From Marispirochaeta sp. (GTDB lineage: Bacteria; Spirochaetota; Spirochaetia; JC444; Marispirochaetaceae), in contig CAXXFF010000001.1 in the NCBI GenBank assembly GCA_963676835.2, positions 832,001 through 896,000 of the forward strand: a DNA stretch of 64,000 nt, read 5' to 3'. Made by a program: the position numbers and the translations under genes. Below, one piece after another: positions 49,693-58,319 of this stretch (its first letter is position 1; each line of letters opens with the position of its first letter). The notes under the pieces are model-generated. The model was not told the origin of the DNA, searched no databases, and worked only from the letters and a program-made list of their open reading frames with translations.

Positions 49693-50199
49693 GTGAAGAC
49701 GGGAACAGGGATATTAAATGTGGCAGTTGATGTAGAAAACCTGTACAGCACCTACGGTCCTATGGTGCTGAGACGGTGCAGATCTCTTCTGAGAGATGAA
49801 GAAGCAGCGCTGGATGCAATGCAGGACACCTTTATCCAGGTACTCAGAAAAAAGAAAGAGCTCGATGCCAGAGCTCCTTCAAGTCTGCTCTATACAATCG
49901 CCACAAACATCTGTCTCAATACCATGCGGAAACACAAACGGACTCCGTTTCTCATGGATGACGAAATCCTCGCCCAGGTTGCCGGTTCAGACGATCCGGA
50001 ATCCCTGGCCCTGGCCTCCCATTTTCTCGACCGGCTGTTCCGTACCGAAAAAGAGTCGACCCGTACTATCGCGGTGCTGCACTACGTTGACAGACTGACC
50101 CTTGAAGAGACCGCGGACAAGGTAGGCCTGTCCGTGTCGGGAGTACGCAAGCGGTTGCGGTCACTGCGGAGCAGGGGACTGGCCCTTAAGGAGGTATAA
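49693..50199 (+). CDS. ECF sigma-70 factor
   Basis: Regions 2 and 4 only: LY..Y...V.RRC..LL.DEE.A.DA.QDTF, LYTIATN.CLN, LTLEETA..VGLSVSGVRKRL. Confidence 0.93.
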   Translation: MKTGTGILNVAVDVENLYSTYGPMVLRRCRSLLRDEEAALDAMQDTFIQVLRKKKELDARAPSSLLYTIATNICLNTMRKHKRTPFLMDDEILAQVAGSDDPESLALASHFLDRLFRTEKESTRTIAVLHYVDRLTLEETADKVGLSVSGVRKRLRSLRSRGLALKEV

Positions 50200-50203
50200 A
50201 TCC

Positions 50204-51013
50204 ATGAGCAGAATAATTCCGGATATATTAATAGAACAGGCAGCCCTGGGAGAACTTTCTCAGGAAAAAATGGACGAGCTGAGGAAAGAGTGTGACCTTG
50301 ATGCCCTGATTGCGGAAATTCAGGCTTCAAACAGGGAAATTCTGAATAAGTATCCACCGGCAGAGATAGCCGGGAGAATAAAGAGTGGCGGACAAATACA
50401 GTTAGAGAAAAAAAGGCCCCCTGCAGCAGAAGAAAAAAAGCCCCGACGCATACTTCAGGGGGTATTCCGGGTAGGCCTCCCCATGGCTGCTGCAGCCGCT
50501 CTTTTTATCGCCGTTGGACTTCCTGCCATGCGAAGCGGCGGCAGTCTCAGCGATGATGCCGGAGCCATGGGTGTGCGCCTTAAAGGGCAGGAGCCGGAAA
50601 TAAAGGTCTACCGCCAGACATCCGGCGGAGCGGAAGAGCTGCAGAACGAGGATACTGTCCACGAAAATGACCTGCTCCAGGTAAGCTACATAGCCGCAGG
50701 ATCCAAATACGGCGTTATCCTTTCCATAGACGGCAGCGGGGCAGTTACTCTCCACCATCCCGGCGGGGTGATCGGGGATCAGCAGCTGGCAAAGGGCGGC
50801 GAGTATGCCCTCCCGTTCAGCTATCAGCTTGATGATGCGCCCCGGTTTGAACGCTTCTATTTTATCAGCGGCAGCGAGGAGATCCCCATGGATCTGCTGA
50901 TGAGTGAGGCAGAGCGGGTAGCCATGAGCCGCACCGGGCTCTGGGCCGAGACCTTTCACCTGCCGGACCAGTTCCGCCAGGAATCCCTTCTTCTGCTGAA
51001 GGGCAGCCGCTGA
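50204..51013 (+). CDS. Putative single-pass anti-sigma factor with DUF4384-like periplasmic domain
   Basis: Helical N-domain (EQAALGEL), TM helix, GVRLKG, then D.LQVSY..YGVILSIDGSG.VTLHHP..LPFSYQLDDAP.FERF; 4 bp after the sigma gene. Confidence 0.75.
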   Translation: MSRIIPDILIEQAALGELSQEKMDELRKECDLDALIAEIQASNREILNKYPPAEIAGRIKSGGQIQLEKKRPPAAEEKKPRRILQGVFRVGLPMAAAAALFIAVGLPAMRSGGSLSDDAGAMGVRLKGQEPEIKVYRQTSGGAEELQNEDTVHENDLLQVSYIAAGSKYGVILSIDGSGAVTLHHPGGVIGDQQLAKGGEYALPFSYQLDDAPRFERFYFISGSEEIPMDLLMSEAERVAMSRTGLWAETFHLPDQFRQESLLLLKGSR

Positions 51014-51031
51014 AAAAGGCGGGGAGATGAT

Positions 51032-53350
51032 ATGAAAAAGATACTTTGCCTTAGCGCAATAATTTTACTGTTTTCCGGCGCACACCTTTTCAGTGCCGAC
51101 CAGCCAGCCCTGCGGCGGTTCGCCCTGTTTATCGGTTCCAACAATGGAGGCAGCGAGCGGCAGCATCTGCTCTATGCGGAAAAAGATGCTGCAACCCTGG
51201 CAGGAGTTCTGACAGAAGTGGGCGGCATTGCCCCTTACGACTCGGTACTGCTCTCGGATCCGGCAAAAACAGATGTTGACGGTGCATTCGCATCTTTCAG
51301 AGAACGTATTGAAGCGGTTAAGTCCGGTGTAAAACGGATAGAGTTTATTCTTTACTATTCCGGTCATTCAGATGATGAAGGCCTGCTACTGGGGGAAGAG
51401 AAGTATCTCTACTCGGATCTGAGAAATAGTATAAACTCCGTGGATGCGGATGTACATATTGCCATTCTCGACTCCTGTTCCTCCGGAGCATTTACCCGGC
51501 TGAAAGGGGGAACCCGCAAGAGCCCCTTTCTGGTGGATGAATCGGTGGAGACATCGGGACATGCATTTCTTACATCCAGTTCTGAAGACGAAGCAGCCCA
51601 GGAGTCGGACTCCATCGGGGGCTCATTCTTTACCCACTACCTGGTCTCCGCCCTGAGAGGCGCCGCTGACTCAAGTCAGGATTCAAAGGTAACCCTCAAT
51701 GAAGCCTACAGCTATGCTTCCAACGAAACCCTGGCCAGAACCGAAAACAGTCAGGCAGGCCCCCAGCATCCGTCATACGATATAAAACTGACCGGTTCGG
51801 GAGACCTTGTTCTTACGGACCTGCGATCCACCGATGCGGTGGTGGAACTAGATGCAGCCATCGACGGCCGGCTCTTCCTGCGGGACAGTCAGGGCCGGCT
51901 GGTTGCGGAAATGCGCAAGCTTAAAGGAATTCCCATGGCACTGGCACTTCCTGCGGGCCTCTATTCTGCAACCCTCCAGACAGACAGCCGGCTGATGCAG
52001 GCGGATCTTCTGGTCAGAAGTTCCTATAAGGCTATGGTCTCACCCGCAGATTTTACTCCCCTGGACAGGGAAGGTACCCGCAGCCGGGGAAATCGCGAGT
52101 TCCCCTACTACACCCCCGGCCTGCCTTCAGACCCCCCGTCGGGAATTATCGGAGAAATACGCAGCGATCTCTACAACTCCCTGAACTGGGATCTTAACCG
52201 GGATCCGTCAGAACTTAAGCACCTCAATAACTGCTTCAGCCTGATTACCCCCCCGTCCATGGCCACCGACACGGTTATCCATAATTTCGGCCTCTATCTG
52301 GTGGGGACCAGCTACCGCCTCGAAGGCTTCGGACTGGGTATAGCAGGCATGCAGGTACAGGACATGCATGGTGCCCAGCTCAGCTCGGTCTTTTCCATAA
52401 CCGGCGGGGACTCACTCGGCTTTGCCGGTGCGGGTGTGTTCACCATAACCGGCGGCGATATGATCGGTGCAGCCAGTTCCGGCGTATTCAACATTGCCGG
52501 AGGAGATGCCTCCTTTTTCCAGGGAGCAGGGCTTTTCAACCTGGCCGAGGGAGAACTGACAGGGGTTCAGTCAGCCGGACTTTTCAACATAAGCGGTGAC
52601 GGAGTACGAGGTGTACAGGCTGCAGGGCTTTTCAATATCAACAACAACGATACATCCGGTGTACAGGCGGCGGGGCTTTTCAATGTCAGCTCCGGCCAGA
52701 CCTCGGGGGTTCAGGCTTCGGGAATGCTGAATATCGCGGAAGAGACCTCGGGAGTTCAGATTGGTGCAATCAACATTGCGGAGAATATCAGCGGGATTCA
52801 GGCAGGGGTTATCAATATTTCCGAAAATATGGACGGCCTGGCTCTTGGACTGATAAATATCTCATCCAACGGTCTGCACAATATGTCCGGCTGGACAGAT
52901 GATGCAGACTACCTCTACTTCGGGTACCAGTTAGGCGCCGGTGTAAGCTATACGGTTTTTTACGGCGGAGCACCCATGGACGGCGGGACAGAGGCGGGGC
53001 TTGTTTCCGGCCTTGGACTGGGCTTGCATCTTCCGCTGGGAACATTATATGCGGATATTGATCTTTCTGCGAAGATGGAGGTTCCCGGAGAGAGCGGAAC
53101 AGAGCAGGCAGGACAGTTTTACAACTATTCCGAAGAGAAGATTATCTGGCCGTCCCTGCGGGCATCCCTGGGCATGGAACTCTTCGGCGGTCTGGCTGTT
53201 TTCGGGGGAGTTACCCTGGAAGGATATATCCCGGAGGTCACCAACTTTTCGGAAACCTTTCACAGCGGATCAAGCAGCACGGTGCCTCTCTTTGACAGCG
53301 GCACCGACATGGAAATATTTCCGAAAATGTTTTTCGGTATCAGAGTTTAA
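51032..53350 (+). CDS. Exported caspase-family (C14) protease with 15-aa repeats and a C-terminal beta-barrel-like region
   Basis: Sec signal peptide, RFALFIG.N, YYSGH(112), LDSC(149), FFTHYLVSALRGAAD..D..VTLNEAY; G.Q.AGLFN repeats at 52370-52865; amphipathic C-terminus ending FFGIRV. Confidence 0.88.
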   Translation: MKKILCLSAIILLFSGAHLFSADQPALRRFALFIGSNNGGSERQHLLYAEKDAATLAGVLTEVGGIAPYDSVLLSDPAKTDVDGAFASFRERIEAVKSGVKRIEFILYYSGHSDDEGLLLGEEKYLYSDLRNSINSVDADVHIAILDSCSSGAFTRLKGGTRKSPFLVDESVETSGHAFLTSSSEDEAAQESDSIGGSFFTHYLVSALRGAADSSQDSKVTLNEAYSYASNETLARTENSQAGPQHPSYDIKLTGSGDLVLTDLRSTDAVVELDAAIDGRLFLRDSQGRLVAEMRKLKGIPMALALPAGLYSATLQTDSRLMQADLLVRSSYKAMVSPADFTPLDREGTRSRGNREFPYYTPGLPSDPPSGIIGEIRSDLYNSLNWDLNRDPSELKHLNNCFSLITPPSMATDTVIHNFGLYLVGTSYRLEGFGLGIAGMQVQDMHGAQLSSVFSITGGDSLGFAGAGVFTITGGDMIGAASSGVFNIAGGDASFFQGAGLFNLAEGELTGVQSAGLFNISGDGVRGVQAAGLFNINNNDTSGVQAAGLFNVSSGQTSGVQASGMLNIAEETSGVQIGAINIAENISGIQAGVINISENMDGLALGLINISSNGLHNMSGWTDDADYLYFGYQLGAGVSYTVFYGGAPMDGGTEAGLVSGLGLGLHLPLGTLYADIDLSAKMEVPGESGTEQAGQFYNYSEEKIIWPSLRASLGMELFGGLAVFGGVTLEGYIPEVTNFSETFHSGSSSTVPLFDSGTDMEIFPKMFFGIRV

Positions 53351-53378
53351 GCATCAGAGTTTAAGCATCAGAGTTTAA
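53339..53378. repeat. 14-bp tandem repeat, about 2.9 copies
   Basis: ATCAGAGTTTAA(GC) at 53339, 53353 and 53367. Confidence 0.95.
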
Positions 53379-54468
53379 TAAGCCCACCGCCAAGGACAAG
53401 ATCGTCCCGGTAGACCACCGCTGACTGTCCCGGAGTAAGCGCTTCGGGACGGATCAGTTCCACCGCTGCCGTTCCGTCTGCAGCGGGAATAATCCGGCAT
53501 TCCACCGGCCTGCTGTTATAGCGGATCTTTACTTCACCCTCTATCTGTTCCGGTAGATCCCGGAAAAACCAGTTGCACTCACGGAGTCCGAAGCGGGTGC
53601 CCCCCAGTTCATCCTTCCGCCCGACTACAACCCTGTTTGTTTCCGCTTCAGTGCGGATCACAAACCAGGGCCCGTTACCCAGACCGAGGCCCTGACGCTG
53701 CCCGACGGTATAGCCGATATAGCCGTTATGACTCCCCAGTACGGTACCTGCGGTATCAACAATATCTCCGGGCTGATTGCCCCGGGGGTTTCCGGTAAAG
53801 GATGCAATGAAATCGGTATATTTACCGGGGATAAAACAGGCATCCTGGCTCTCTCTGGCCGAGGCGGAAGGCAGATCATGTTCCACTGCAATCTTTACTA
53901 CTTCGGTTTTCTCAAGATCCCCCAGGGGAAATACAAGATTGGGAAGCATCTCTTTGCGGATCTGATAGAGCATATAGCTCTGATCCTTTCTGGGATCCCG
54001 GCCTTTCATCAGAAAAATCCCATCTTCGGTTTCGGCTGTTCGTACATAGTGACCGGTAGCCATGCGCAGAGATTCTCCGGGAGCAAGAAACTCCTTCGCC
54101 TTCAGTACTTCCACCAGTCGCTGATAAAAGAGAGAAAAGCGCATCCGCTGATTACAGCGGACACAGGGGTTCGGAGTCTCTCCGGCAAGATAGGTATCCA
54201 CAAAGTCATTGATAACAAGCCTGGCAAAATCGTCCACCAGATCTTCCTGATAATACGCAATGCCAAGACGTTCCGCAGTCATTCGGGCCCGGTCCAGCAG
54301 CTCCGGCGAACAGCAGTCACCGTTGGGATAGATATAGTGGCTTACCCCGGCAAGCCTGTCGGTTTTTCCACTGAGCAGAAAAGCGGCTACCGAGGAATCA
54401 ACACCTCCGGAGAGCCCTACTGCAACGGGTTTACCGTCTAAATTTGAAAGGGGATTAATATAAGTCAT
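53368..54468 (-). CDS. mnmA: tRNA 2-thiouridylase MnmA
   Basis: SGGVDS, GETPNPCVRCN, ATGHY, KDQSY.L, ESQD.CF, YTVGQRQG, TPGQ. Confidence 0.97.
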   Translation of the reverse strand: MTYINPLSNLDGKPVAVGLSGGVDSSVAAFLLSGKTDRLAGVSHYIYPNGDCCSPELLDRARMTAERLGIAYYQEDLVDDFARLVINDFVDTYLAGETPNPCVRCNQRMRFSLFYQRLVEVLKAKEFLAPGESLRMATGHYVRTAETEDGIFLMKGRDPRKDQSYMLYQIRKEMLPNLVFPLGDLEKTEVVKIAVEHDLPSASARESQDACFIPGKYTDFIASFTGNPRGNQPGDIVDTAGTVLGSHNGYIGYTVGQRQGLGLGNGPWFVIRTEAETNRVVVGRKDELGGTRFGLRECNWFFRDLPEQIEGEVKIRYNSRPVECRIIPAADGTAAVELIRPEALTPGQSAVVYRDDLVLGGGLIKL

Positions 54469-54517
54469 ATAGTAAGGAATTTAACGGAAAACAGTCATAG
54501 AGTATAGATGTCGACAC

Positions 54518-55879
54518 TCAGCCATCATTGAGTTCCACTTTGTTTTTTTCTCTGTCCAGATAGAATGTTCCCCTGGGAACAGAGGAAGTTATTCTGCGGA
54601 TAACCTGGCAGATCTCCAGGGTAACCCCGGGAAAGACAGTATCCCGGGAGATAATTTTCGCCTCGGCATTAGCCCGGATTCCCCGAAGATCATCTTCTGC
54701 AGCAGCTCTAATCTCTTCCATGGCAGAAGCGGTACGGTGAATCAGCTTATCCAGGTCGCCCTGACTGCCGGAAGAGATAACTGCAGCCTTCTGCATGGCC
54801 TCAAGGGTATCTGCTTTAAGCTGCAAAGCCTGAAGAACCCTCTTCCGTTCCCGGTAGCTCCGCAGTTTACGAAAATCGGTACCTGCGGATATGCTTGTTT
54901 TCTGTCCGGCGGAATTTCCAAGCTGTCTGGCATCAACCCCGGCAAGGGCATGTACATCGGCATTGAATATCCTGCCTTTTTCTCCGCATATTACCTTGCC
55001 CAGACTGTAGACGGCACTGTGCAGGATGCCGCCATCGACAGAGAGGGAACCGCGGCACTCGAGATGCACATTTTCAACAAACCTGGCAGTGATATTTCCT
55101 CCAACCTTAAGCTGCCCTTTTCCCCGTCCCAGAAGACCGCCTTCAACAAAAAGATCACCTTTAATGCGGATATCACTCACCGCCAGGGGCACGGTGGAAT
55201 GGAGATCCCCGCCGCAGCTTAAAGAAAAACCGTCGCCGATTTCGCCGGTAAGCAGAATATCGCCGGGATAGCGTATATTCCCGGTACTGAAATCAACCCC
55301 GGAAATCTCAAGTACGGGGCTTATACTGAAGCGGACCCCTTCAAAAACAAACCGTCCCCCTATGGAGGCCTTAATATAGTCACCTTCCCGGTAGGTATTT
55401 TCTCCCGGCTCAAAGGGAATACGTTTCTTGATTCCCGCAGCTACAGCTTCTCCGGTGACTGTTTCCCCGGGAATTCCTTCTTCCGCCGGTTTAAAACGGG
55501 CCAGCGACTCCCCTTGAGATACAATAATGAAGGGACTGGCTTCGTGAAAATCAACCCGACCGCCCTTCTCTTTACCGTAAAGCCTGGTGTGAAACAGTTT
55601 CTGAGCCAGCTTCAGGTATGCCGGATCGGCATCTTCCGGCGCCCGTCCCCGGGCTATACAGTATTCACCTGAAGGATGATCTTTCCTATTACACTCCCCC
55701 ACAGCAAGTTTCAGCTGGTCATAATCAATCCCTGAGACAACACCTGCCTGCGAAAGGATAGCCTCCGCCTCTTCCAGCTCCAGACAGGCTCCTCTGCCGT
55801 GGGGAGAAAGGAAAATACCATGGGCTTCCATTTTATTTTCTGAGATTTTAACCTGTATATACGAGTCGCGGTTTTCCAT
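54518..55879 (-). CDS. FapA (DUF342) family protein
   Basis: IARG..P, G.VDF.E, G.PG.TVTG, VDFSTGNI, FPGV. Start set at MENRDS. Confidence 0.88.
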   Translation of the reverse strand: MENRDSYIQVKISENKMEAHGIFLSPHGRGACLELEEAEAILSQAGVVSGIDYDQLKLAVGECNRKDHPSGEYCIARGRAPEDADPAYLKLAQKLFHTRLYGKEKGGRVDFHEASPFIIVSQGESLARFKPAEEGIPGETVTGEAVAAGIKKRIPFEPGENTYREGDYIKASIGGRFVFEGVRFSISPVLEISGVDFSTGNIRYPGDILLTGEIGDGFSLSCGGDLHSTVPLAVSDIRIKGDLFVEGGLLGRGKGQLKVGGNITARFVENVHLECRGSLSVDGGILHSAVYSLGKVICGEKGRIFNADVHALAGVDARQLGNSAGQKTSISAGTDFRKLRSYRERKRVLQALQLKADTLEAMQKAAVISSGSQGDLDKLIHRTASAMEEIRAAAEDDLRGIRANAEAKIISRDTVFPGVTLEICQVIRRITSSVPRGTFYLDREKNKVELNDG

Positions 55880-55983
55880 CAGCACTACTGCAGTTTCATC
55901 CTCTGTATGTATATCGGCCGGAAGAGCTAAAAATAACCCTTTTGTAATAATTTCGCCGAAACTGCTTGCCAAAACCGCCAGTT

Positions 55984-56022
55984 TATGCAATTTTATACAT
56001 TCATACGGAATAAATATACAGA
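55984..56022 (+). promoter_or_regulatory. Tandem ARG boxes
   Basis: TATGCAATTTTATACATT and ACGGAATAAATATACAGA, 18 bp each and 3 bp apart, directly upstream of argR. Confidence 0.8.
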
Positions 56023-56032
56023 AGAGTGCGGG

Positions 56033-56503
56033 ATGAAATTACGCGATGACAGACTCCGGATGATAGTCCGGATTATTAAAGACAATCGTATCTCCAGTCA
56101 GGAAGCACTGCTTACAGAGCTGGAAAAAGAGGGGATAAACGTCACCCAGGCGACCCTCTCCCGGGATCTGAAACTTCTGAAGGTCGGTAAGGTCTCCGAC
56201 GGCTGGAACGGGTACTACTACACCATGCCCGAGAGCGAGGTATCCCCGGATACCCAGAGAGCTTACATTCAGGATCTGCAGAGAGGCTTTCTCTCTCTGG
56301 ATTTTTCCGGCAACATGGGGGTAATCAAGACCCTGCAGGGACATGCGGACAGCGTGGCATTTGCCATAGACCGCTTTAATCTTGACTGCATCCTGGGAAC
56401 CATTGCCGGTGACGACACTATCTTTCTGGTCCTGAAAGATGATAAGGGTCCCGACGACCTTATTACCCACCTGAGCGAACTTATGCCGGACCTGGAACTT
56501 TAA
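56033..56503 (+). CDS. argR: Arginine repressor
   Basis: SQE.L, VTQATLSRDL, GTIAGDDT. Confidence 0.97.
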   Translation: MKLRDDRLRMIVRIIKDNRISSQEALLTELEKEGINVTQATLSRDLKLLKVGKVSDGWNGYYYTMPESEVSPDTQRAYIQDLQRGFLSLDFSGNMGVIKTLQGHADSVAFAIDRFNLDCILGTIAGDDTIFLVLKDDKGPDDLITHLSELMPDLEL

Positions 56504-56512
56504 ATATCAAGG

Positions 56513-57538
56513 ATGCACCCAATGAAAGCAGCAATACTCGGAGCCACCGGATACACCGGCATGATTCTCAGCCGGCTTCTCAGCAACCATAAGGATATAG
56601 ACCTGATTCTTCCGGTTTCATCTTCCCGGGCAGGCAAGGCAATTGCCGAATTTGATAATGGTTTTGTTGAGCCTGAGAAACTGCTCCGTCCGGAATATCT
56701 CTCCTTAAATGAGATGGCATCAGAAAATCCCGAAGTCATCTTCGCCTGCCTGCCCCATCTGGCCTCCGCCGAAATCTGTGCTCCTTTTGTGGGAAAGAGC
56801 GTGGTGATCGACCTTTCAGCTGATTTCCGCATATCCGATGCTGAGCTTTTTGAATCAGCCTACGGAGTAAAAATGCCTTCAGCTCCGGCGAAACCTGTAT
56901 ACGGTCTTCCCGAGTTTTACGCTGATGCTGTAAAAACCGCCGATCTTATTGCCAACCCGGGCTGCTACCCCACCGCCACAATGCTGCCCCTGCTTCCCCT
57001 GCTGAAAGCCGGTGTTACCGCAGGGCCGGCCATTGTCAATGCTATTTCAGGTATTTCCGGCGCCGGCCGCAAGGCCGTTGACAATAACCTTTTCTGCGAA
57101 AGAAGCGAGAATGCCGGGGCCTACAATCCGGGAAGAACCCACCGTCACTGGTCGGAAATGACTGACCAGGCCCGGCAGAACGGCTCGGAGACAATGATAT
57201 ACTTTACTCCCCATCTTGCCCCCCTGCGCCGGGGAATGTCGGTGAGTACCACCATTGATACTGCCGGAATCGATGCAGCAGCGGTTGCAGAGATCTACAG
57301 CAAAACCTTTGCCGATACCCCTTTTGTAAGGATTCTCGACAAACGTCTGCCCCAGACGCGGGAAGTGTGCGGCTCAAACCGCTGCGATATCTCTTTCCGC
57401 ATGGACGGCAGCAGGCTTTTTCTGTTCTCGTGTATCGACAACCTGGTCAAGGGTGCCTCGGGACAGGCAGTGCAGAACATGAATATCCGCTTCGGCTTTA
57501 ACGAAACCGAAGGGCTGGAACTATCGGGACTTGTATAG
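56513..57538 (+). CDS. argC: N-acetyl-gamma-glutamyl-phosphate reductase
   Basis: GATGYTG, DLSADFR, ANPGCYPT, SGAGR, DNLVKGASGQA. Confidence 0.97.
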   Translation: MHPMKAAILGATGYTGMILSRLLSNHKDIDLILPVSSSRAGKAIAEFDNGFVEPEKLLRPEYLSLNEMASENPEVIFACLPHLASAEICAPFVGKSVVIDLSADFRISDAELFESAYGVKMPSAPAKPVYGLPEFYADAVKTADLIANPGCYPTATMLPLLPLLKAGVTAGPAIVNAISGISGAGRKAVDNNLFCERSENAGAYNPGRTHRHWSEMTDQARQNGSETMIYFTPHLAPLRRGMSVSTTIDTAGIDAAAVAEIYSKTFADTPFVRILDKRLPQTREVCGSNRCDISFRMDGSRLFLFSCIDNLVKGASGQAVQNMNIRFGFNETEGLELSGLV

Positions 57539-58306
57539 ATGAGTGAACTTTGTGTCGTTAAAATAGGTGGCCGCCCTCTGGCGGACGAAGAGAGCCTCAA
57601 GCTTCTCTGCAGCGAGCTTAAAGCCGCAGCGGAAGAGACCCCTCTGGCGATTGTCCACGGCGGCGGAAGCGAGGTAAGCAGAATCTCCCGCATATTCGGG
57701 CTGGAACCGGTCTTCATCGACGGCAAACGGCAGACCAGTCCGGAAGAGATGGATGTTGTGGAGATGGTGCTGGCGGGACGGATGAACACCCTGCTGGTGC
57801 GCTCCCTCAACATCGAAGGCTTGAAGGCAGTGGGACTCTCCGGCTGCGATGCAGGCCTCATAACAGGAGAAGCCCTTTCCGGGGAAAGCCGTACCGGCCG
57901 AATTATCAGTGCGGAAGGAAAGCTTCTGGCCGACCTTATGCAGACAGGTTATCTGCCGGTCTGCTCTTCGGTGGCAATGGACACTGCAGGGGGAGCTCTG
58001 AATATTAATGCCGACGAGGCGGCTCTTGAACTGGCCGTCTCTGTTGATGCAGCCCGGCTGATCTACCTGTCGGATGTACCGGGGATTCAGCTCAAGGGCA
58101 GCATAATCCCCAGGCTCAACAAGGAAGAGGCTGAGGCGGAAATTTCCGGAGGAGAAATCTCCGGAGGCATGATCCCCAAGGTACGCTCCTCCTTTGAAGG
58201 GCTGGAACGGGGAATCGGAGAAATTATTATCGGCGGATGTGAAAAACCCGGCGATTTAAAGGCGCTTCTTGCCGGCGCAGGAACCCATCTGCATCTGCAG
58301 AAATGA
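57539..58306 (+). CDS. argB: Acetylglutamate kinase
   Basis: VKIGG, VHGGG, NINAD, GGMIPK. Confidence 0.96.
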   Translation: MSELCVVKIGGRPLADEESLKLLCSELKAAAEETPLAIVHGGGSEVSRISRIFGLEPVFIDGKRQTSPEEMDVVEMVLAGRMNTLLVRSLNIEGLKAVGLSGCDAGLITGEALSGESRTGRIISAEGKLLADLMQTGYLPVCSSVAMDTAGGALNINADEAALELAVSVDAARLIYLSDVPGIQLKGSIIPRLNKEEAEAEISGGEISGGMIPKVRSSFEGLERGIGEIIIGGCEKPGDLKALLAGAGTHLHLQK

Positions 58307-58319
58307 AACAGGAGAAAGT

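Noticed and set aside
53339..53378. Mini CRISPR array
   Set aside because: The units are 14 bp, directly adjacent, with no spacers and no cas genes.
55880..56032. ORF-track N-terminal extensions of fapA and argR
   Set aside because: They overlap each other and the ARG boxes; the downstream ATGs fit the families better.
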